Positions 57,883 to 64,000 of a stretch of 64,000 bases of DNA are shown here, piece by piece. How positions within the stretch are numbered: position 1 is the stretch's first letter; the number at the start of each line of letters is the position of its first letter. Where the stretch lies: sequence record KJ019103.1; one strand, given 5' to 3'. The notes beneath the pieces were generated by a model that saw only the letters and a list, made by a program, of their open reading frames with translations, had not been told where the DNA came from and made no database searches. Made by a program: the position numbers and the translations under genes.

Positions 57883-58257
57883 ATGAATACATATGGTTCT
57901 CCCGAAGGTTATCTCTTTAACCTTCATACCTGCTCAGCATCAGAAGCGAAGCGAATGTGGAAAGAATCTATAAAGAATGATTGGAAACATAAATGTGCTT
58001 ATTGTGGATCGGAACATGAAATTACTTTAGATCATATAGTACCCAAAGCGAAAGGGGGTACTAGTCATACAACCAATGTCGTAGCTTGTTGTCGTTCTTG
58101 TAACGGGAGTAAGGCATATGAGGATTGGATTATCTGGTATATTCAACAGCCATTCTTCACTGAAGAGAGGAGGGAGGCTATTGAAAAGTGGATGGAGAAG
58201 GGCCTCCTCAACAATAACTTAGTTGCATATCCACCCAGAAGAAATGTCGTTTATTGA
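57883..58257 (+). CDS. HNH endonuclease
   Basis: CAYCG...TLDHIVPKAKGG...NVVACCRSCNGSK. Confidence 0.93.
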   Translation: MNTYGSPEGYLFNLHTCSASEAKRMWKESIKNDWKHKCAYCGSEHEITLDHIVPKAKGGTSHTTNVVACCRSCNGSKAYEDWIIWYIQQPFFTEERREAIEKWMEKGLLNNNLVAYPPRRNVVY

Positions 58258-58263
58258 GTCTTT

Positions 58264-58392
58264 ATGGATTCCTATCACCCGTCTAGGGCAGATCAAGAAC
58301 TAGAACTAGAACAGCAAGAACTAAAAACAATCATAGGAGGATCTATACTATCCTTCTTCACTGTACTTATACCTTTTATTATACTTCTCTAA
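58264..58392 (+). CDS. small membrane peptide (42 aa)
   Basis: Hand-translated. Confidence 0.45.
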   Translation: MDSYHPSRADQELELEQQELKTIIGGSILSFFTVLIPFIILL

Positions 58393-58473
58393 AACCTTTC
58401 AGTTCAGGCGATATAAATAAACCTAAGAAGAGTATATGCGTTCTTCGTCGGATAGCCTGAATCGACAAAAGAG

Positions 58474-61400
58474 ATGATCTCAACAGCGACTAAGATTAAA
58501 TTTAAAAGGTCTGGTGTAGCCGGACGTAGACCCTCCTTAGCTGATCTTCAGTTAGGTGAATTGGGGATCAATTATAACGATGGTAAACTATTTTTCCGAC
58601 AGGAAAATGAAGTAGTTGGCTCTCGTATCATTGAACCTGGACAGGGTGATGTAATCGGTAAGACTATTTTCGTATCCACAAAGGGTAACGATAACAATAG
58701 TGGTCTTAACGAAAGAGATGCCAAGAGAACTGTTAAAGCGGCCGCCGCAGTAGCAGAACCTGGTGACTCCATCAAACTGTATCCAGGTCAGTACATCGAA
58801 GATAACCCTATCGTATTTAAGGATAGGGTATCTGTAGAGGGTATGGAGCTTCGTAACGTTCTCGTTACTCCAGCCAACCCCAGTAAAGACTTGTATCAAG
58901 TTGGTGAGGCGTTCCACGCTACCAACCATTCCTTTGTGTCCAATAGGGATTCAACAGATGGTGCCTCTATTATCACCTATCGTCCTCTAGAGGGAACTGC
59001 GTCTGACAGGTATTTTGACGCGGCTAGACTCATCAGGGACAATCTTAGCTTCATTGCTAACGAGACAGTAGGTTTCCTAACCAGTGGATATTCAGGCTTT
59101 GCCGCTGGTCAGAGATCACAGGACGCTGCTCGTGCTCTAGAACTAAACAAGAACTTCATAGTAGAAGAAGCATTTCAATATATCAACTCTCCTGATTATA
59201 CAGGAGCCACATACTTCAACCCAGACCCAGCACAGTGTAAGAGAGACCTAGGAAATATCATTGATGGTTGGAGATATGATCTCATCTCTGATGGTAACAC
59301 CAGATCTACTGGTCTTGGTCTAACCTACTACGCACCTATTCCCTTTGTGAATAGTGCTAATGTTGCTGACCTTGTATACAACAGAAATAACGGTGATGTT
59401 CTAATTGAAACCGACGTAGATACACAGGTTTCAGTTGGTGAGAAGATCAAACTACAGGATATCAGACTAGAGTGTGGTTCCTACAATAACGACTTCTTTA
59501 TCACTGGTTTCAAGTATGATAACACCAGTGGTATTGGAACAGTTAATCTACCCTTTATCCATAACGTCAAGGTTGGAGACCTTGTTAAGTTTGATGGTTT
59601 AGAGTTTGATTGTCCTGCCTATGGTGCCATTGAATATGGTATCCAAGACTTCAAGTATAATGAAACTACTGGTGGAAGTGTTGTCACACTCACCGAAGAT
59701 CATGATCTAAAGATTGGTGACACCATTGAACTAAGAGACCTTCAGTTCGATTGTCCCGCCTATGGTGGTGACTTCACTAACATCATCAACCTAGAATACA
59801 ATAAGACCAGTGGTCAGGGTGTTATCACATATGACAAACCCGCCGATCTCAAGTCTGGTGACGTTGTTATCCTCTATGACCTCACACTAACTTGTGATGC
59901 TTATGGTAACGCTATCTCAGTTACTGATTTCTCTTATGATAACTTCACTGGTATCACTGAAGTAGAAGTAAATAGACCCCACAACCTCCGTCCCGGAGAC
60001 CTAATCAAACTAGAGAACCTTAAGTTCTCTTGTGATTCCTACCTTAATGAAACATACAAGGTCTCTAACTTTGTATATAATGAGAGCACTGGTGATAGTG
60101 TCCTCACCCTAACTGAACCACATAGTTTAGTTGCTGGTAAGAACGTCAGACTTGCTGACCTAGTTTTCTCCTGTAACTCCTATGTTCCAACCGCTAAAGC
60201 AATCTCTGATTTCCAGTATGATGAAGTAGTTGGTATCTCTACTATTACTCTAGCATCTCCACACAACTTATCAGTTGGTGAGCAGTTCAGACTAGAGGAT
60301 TTAGTATTCTCCTGTAACTCATATTCCTTCACTGATATTCCTATCATTGATGCACCATATGATAATGTAACTGGTTATGTAACCCTATCGTTCTCTGGTG
60401 ACCACGGACAACAGGTTGGTGAGAGAGTAAGACTCAGAGATATTGAGTACTCCTGCCCTGGTGGTTCAGGTATCACTACAACCTTGTTCCCCGATGGAAC
60501 CTTTGGTTATGAGTTTGAAATCCTAAGTGTTCCAAACACTAAGAAGATGATTCTTAATGTTGGCACCTCCACTATTGAACACTCCTATGTGAGTGGTGGT
60601 ACTGCTACCGTTGGTATTACAACTACTATCTTCCCTGATGGAACACAAGGTTTCGACTTCAATGTATCCAGTGTTAATAGTTCCACTGTTATCGAAGCAA
60701 GTGTTGGTATTTCTACCATCGCTCACAACTATGTTTCTGGTGGATCATTATTCGTTGGTTTCACTACCACAGTATTCCCCGATGGAACACAAGGTGATAC
60801 CTTCAGAGTTAATTCTATTCCTTCTAGCACTCAAATCAGTGTTAATGTTGGTGTATCTTCTATCGCCCATACTTTCGTATCCGGTGGTACAGCAACTGAC
60901 CTAGACTCTTTCATCCCTGTATCTGGTTTCACCTACAATGAAGGTGACGGAACTGGACTAGTATCCCTAGACAAGGCACACAACCTAGTGGTTGGTGACT
61001 CTTTTGTTCTAGAGGATCTTAAGTTCAACTGTAACTCCTACAGAACAGGTGGTACTTCTACTATTGATATCACTAACTTTGAGTATGATAAGGTAACCGG
61101 ACTATCTACAGTCACACTATCTTCTTCACACAACCTACATGTTAATGATACCGTAGCACTATATGATATCAAGTTCTCTTGTCCTGGTGGTTCAGGTATT
61201 ACAACTAATATCTTCCCCGATGGAACCAGAGACAACTTCTATGATGTAGTTGCTGACCTAAACCCCAACCAGATTATTGTTCGTGTTGGTAAGTCTGACA
61301 TTACTCACACATACGCTAGTGGTGGTAGTCTATCCGTTGGTATCACTACTAACATCTTCCCTGATGGAACTAGACCTTCTGGTGACTTCTTCCAGGTTAT

Positions 61401-64000
61401 CTCTGTTCCTTCTACCAAGTCTGTTCTAACTCAGGTTGGTCTATCCTCTATCGCTCACTCATACGCAAGTGGTGGTAAGTTCTACACTGGTATCACTACT
61501 AATGTATTCCCACAGGTATTCACCGACCCCAACATCAAGGTAACCAACGCTGTATATGACGAAGTATCTGGTGTTATCACCATTACTACTAACAAGGCAC
61601 ACGGACTTACCGCTACCGCACCTGTTCTACTACAGGATCTAAACTTCTCTTGCCTCTCTGGTGGTGTAGGAAACACCCCAGGCAACCTTGTGTTCCCCAG
61701 GAACCAGGAAGTTTATGATGTTGTGTCCGTTCTATCTACTACACAATATACGATCAATGTAGGTCCTTCTGACTTCGCTCACGCATATGTTGATGGTGGT
61801 ACTTCTACCACACAGAACATCACTAAGGCATCCTACAACAAAGGAACTGGTGATCTAACAGTAACCCTAGACAAGCAACACGGTTATTCAGTTGGTGATC
61901 GTGCTAGTGTGGTTGATCTCCTCTTCTCCTGTCAGTCTGGTGGTCCTAACAACCAACCTGGAACACTTCTATTCCCCAGACCTACTGATGAGTATGAAGT
62001 TCTATCTGCAAGTGGTAAGACACTCACAGTTAATGTTGGAGCGTTCCCATCACTAGTTCATACCTATAAGAATGGTGGATCACTAACCTATAGTTCTACT
62101 GTACTTCCTGTAAGTAACGCAGTTTATGATCAATCAACTGGAGTTCTAACACTTACCACATCAATTGCACTAGGGGCACCTGTTGGTTCTACCATTAAGA
62201 TGCAGGGTCTAAACTTCTCCTGTGCCTCTGGTGGTCCTGGTAATGACGCTGGTGCTATTGTATTTCCAAGACTAGACACTCCTACCTTCAAGGTTAAGGA
62301 AGTCAAGAGTGGTGTATCCTATGTTATCAATGTAGGAACCTCTACACTCTCACACACATATACATCTGGTGGTTTCTCCTCACTCAAGAAGTTGAAGAAC
62401 GACCCCAATATTTTCAAAGTTATCGACACCCCAACACCTAGTAAGGTTATTACTAATGTAGGTGTCTCATCTATCGCTCATGACTATGTGAGTGGTGGTA
62501 ATATGTTCGTGGGTATCACCACTAATGTATTCCCTGATGGAACTCGCCCTGATGGAAGTAGGTTCGAAGTTATCTCCGCCCTATCACCCAACCAGGCACT
62601 CATCAACATCGGTGTTTCTACTATCACCCACAACTACGATAGTGGTGGTAGGATGCAGTATGGTACTACCAATGAGAGACCTGTTCTAGACTTCCTATAC
62701 GATGGTCAGACTGGTATCTCCACTGTAACTATTAGAGGAACTCATGGTTTGAACCAGGGTGACCTAGTGAAACTCAGAGGTCTTGAGTTCGCTTGTACTA
62801 ACTCACCTGGTATTACAACTACTATCTTCCCAGATGGAACTGCCGCTGGTCTCAATATCTACAAGGTTACTGAGATTATTAGTAACAGTACCTTCAAGAC
62901 AAATGTAGGTAGAGTTGGATTCGATCATACTTACATCCAAGGTGGTTCCGCTTTCGTTGGTATCACTACTAACATCTTCCCAGATGGAACACAAGGTTAC
63001 AACTATACAGTTGCCGCCATTCCTAATAAGAATCAGGTAACAGTTGATGTGGGTATCTCCAGTATCCAACATGATTATATTCGTGGTGGATCACTATTCT
63101 CTGGTAAGACTAACGAGAGAGATATCGCAGACTTCAAGTATGATCACATCTCTGGTGATGCGGTTCTTACCTTCAGAAAGGCACAGAACTTATTCACACA
63201 AGATCTAGTAAAACTTAAGAACCTTCAGTTTGATTGTCCAAACTCTACTGGTATCACTACTACTCTCTTCCCAGACGGAACCAGAAGTAACCTCTTCCTA
63301 ATCAAGGAGAGACTAAACCCAACACAGTTCAAACTCAATGTTGGCACTTCACCATTCGGTCATGACTATGTGAGAGGAACAGGTCAGGCATTCGTTGGTA
63401 TCACTACTAACATCTTCCCTGATACCAAGACACAACCAAGTAAGTTATTCAAGGTTGTTGATGTCCCAACTCCTACTACTATCTCCGCCAAGATTGGTGT
63501 ATCCACTATCTCCCACTCATATGTTAAGGGTGGTAAGGTATTCGTTGGTATTAACACTGATATCTTCCCTGGAGATGAGCAAGTATCACCACTAGGTGAC
63601 ACATATACAGTTCAGAGTATCACTAAAGATGGTGAGTTGGTTATCAATGTTGGACTATCTTCTATCAGTCACTCCTATGGTGGCGGTGGTAAGGTTCTAT
63701 ATGGACAGAGTTCTGGTAACAACCTACAACATATCACTGGTCCTGGTGTCCTAGATGCAACCATCGCCGCTGTGGACTTCGAGAAACAGGTAGCAATCAA
63801 CGCACTAAACAACAGACCTTGGGGTTCATTCGTTCCTGAAGAGACTGCTGTTGTGGAGGCGTTCGCCTATGATAACCAGACTGGTTTCGGAACAGTAACT
63901 GCTAGAGGAATCAACGTCAACACTGGTGACACCATCAGAATGAGTGACATTCAGTTTGTTTGTTCTGAGGAATACGCAGGTGTAACCACTACCTTCTTCC
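58474..64000 (+). CDS. giant late virion fibre/structural protein, 3' partial (at least 1842 aa)
   Basis: Late promoter 58412; N-term IKFKRSG...GELGINYNDGKLF; FVSTKGNDNNSG...PGQYIEDNP; repeat body hand-translated without stops from 59341 to the end, in frame with ATG58474. Confidence 0.9.
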   Translation, partial: MISTATKIKFKRSGVAGRRPSLADLQLGELGINYNDGKLFFRQENEVVGSRIIEPGQGDVIGKTIFVSTKGNDNNSGLNERDAKRTVKAAAAVAEPGDSIKLYPGQYIEDNPIVFKDRVSVEGMELRNVLVTPANPSKDLYQVGEAFHATNHSFVSNRDSTDGASIITYRPLEGTASDRYFDAARLIRDNLSFIANETVGFLTSGYSGFAAGQRSQDAARALELNKNFIVEEAFQYINSPDYTGATYFNPDPAQCKRDLGNIIDGWRYDLISDGNTRSTGLGLTYYAPIPFVNSANVADLVYNRNNGDVLIETDVDTQVSVGEKIKLQDIRLECGSYNNDFFITGFKYDNTSGIGTVNLPFIHNVKVGDLVKFDGLEFDCPAYGAIEYGIQDFKYNETTGGSVVTLTEDHDLKIGDTIELRDLQFDCPAYGGDFTNIINLEYNKTSGQGVITYDKPADLKSGDVVILYDLTLTCDAYGNAISVTDFSYDNFTGITEVEVNRPHNLRPGDLIKLENLKFSCDSYLNETYKVSNFVYNESTGDSVLTLTEPHSLVAGKNVRLADLVFSCNSYVPTAKAISDFQYDEVVGISTITLASPHNLSVGEQFRLEDLVFSCNSYSFTDIPIIDAPYDNVTGYVTLSFSGDHGQQVGERVRLRDIEYSCPGGSGITTTLFPDGTFGYEFEILSVPNTKKMILNVGTSTIEHSYVSGGTATVGITTTIFPDGTQGFDFNVSSVNSSTVIEASVGISTIAHNYVSGGSLFVGFTTTVFPDGTQGDTFRVNSIPSSTQISVNVGVSSIAHTFVSGGTATDLDSFIPVSGFTYNEGDGTGLVSLDKAHNLVVGDSFVLEDLKFNCNSYRTGGTSTIDITNFEYDKVTGLSTVTLSSSHNLHVNDTVALYDIKFSCPGGSGITTNIFPDGTRDNFYDVVADLNPNQIIVRVGKSDITHTYASGGSLSVGITTNIFPDGTRPSGDFFQVISVPSTKSVLTQVGLSSIAHSYASGGKFYTGITTNVFPQVFTDPNIKVTNAVYDEVSGVITITTNKAHGLTATAPVLLQDLNFSCLSGGVGNTPGNLVFPRNQEVYDVVSVLSTTQYTINVGPSDFAHAYVDGGTSTTQNITKASYNKGTGDLTVTLDKQHGYSVGDRASVVDLLFSCQSGGPNNQPGTLLFPRPTDEYEVLSASGKTLTVNVGAFPSLVHTYKNGGSLTYSSTVLPVSNAVYDQSTGVLTLTTSIALGAPVGSTIKMQGLNFSCASGGPGNDAGAIVFPRLDTPTFKVKEVKSGVSYVINVGTSTLSHTYTSGGFSSLKKLKNDPNIFKVIDTPTPSKVITNVGVSSIAHDYVSGGNMFVGITTNVFPDGTRPDGSRFEVISALSPNQALINIGVSTITHNYDSGGRMQYGTTNERPVLDFLYDGQTGISTVTIRGTHGLNQGDLVKLRGLEFACTNSPGITTTIFPDGTAAGLNIYKVTEIISNSTFKTNVGRVGFDHTYIQGGSAFVGITTNIFPDGTQGYNYTVAAIPNKNQVTVDVGISSIQHDYIRGGSLFSGKTNERDIADFKYDHISGDAVLTFRKAQNLFTQDLVKLKNLQFDCPNSTGITTTLFPDGTRSNLFLIKERLNPTQFKLNVGTSPFGHDYVRGTGQAFVGITTNIFPDTKTQPSKLFKVVDVPTPTTISAKIGVSTISHSYVKGGKVFVGINTDIFPGDEQVSPLGDTYTVQSITKDGELVINVGLSSISHSYGGGGKVLYGQSSGNNLQHITGPGVLDATIAAVDFEKQVAINALNNRPWGSFVPEETAVVEAFAYDNQTGFGTVTARGINVNTGDTIRMSDIQFVCSEEYAGVTTTFF
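59350..63690 (+). repeat. 30 half-domain protein repeats (15 type A, 15 type B), each about 47-49 aa
   Basis: A: DFxYD..TG...H.L..GD.V.L.DL.FxC; B: GITT.IFPDGT...NVG.S.I.HxYV.GG. Confidence 0.88.

Noticed and set aside
58436-58477. ATG58436 as start of the giant ORF
   Set aside because: Stops after 13 codons; the long frame starts at ATG58474.
431-63602. Most minus-strand and alternate-frame ORFs in the track (e.g. 431, 1452, 12953, 56682, 60593)
   Set aside because: Shadows of well-supported + strand genes, with no motifs or RBS.
60466-63690. Recurring ttcccNgatggaac as a DNA-level repeat, CRISPR or DGR template
   Set aside because: Varies mainly at third codon positions, so conserved at protein level (FPDGT); no reverse transcriptase in the window.

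Overview
A 64 kb segment of a T4-like cyanomyovirus (Kyanoviridae-type, probably infecting marine Synechococcus). Almost all genes are on the + strand. In order: uvsX, gp41 helicase, mazG, tRNA-Arg(UCU), a manA-like RNA and tRNA-Asn; an island of two putative nucleases, five DNA-methyltransferase genes or half-genes and a divergent sigma70-type factor; probable internal head proteins; primase, nrdA, nrdB; an unlisted ndhP homologue; muralytic enzymes, cpeT, def; a 12-gene sugar/glycosyltransferase/sulfotransferase cluster with a probable GDP-colitose pathway; hli, petF, a tail fibre, psbA, psbD; a type IV pilin pair; talC; an HNH nuclease; and a giant late protein (58474 to beyond the window end) missing from the ORF track. 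Hand translation of the giant protein shows two half-domain repeats (15 A, 15 B) ordered like balanced parentheses, implying a recursively nested, branched protein. All calls come from motif reading and recalled family knowledge; no searches were run.
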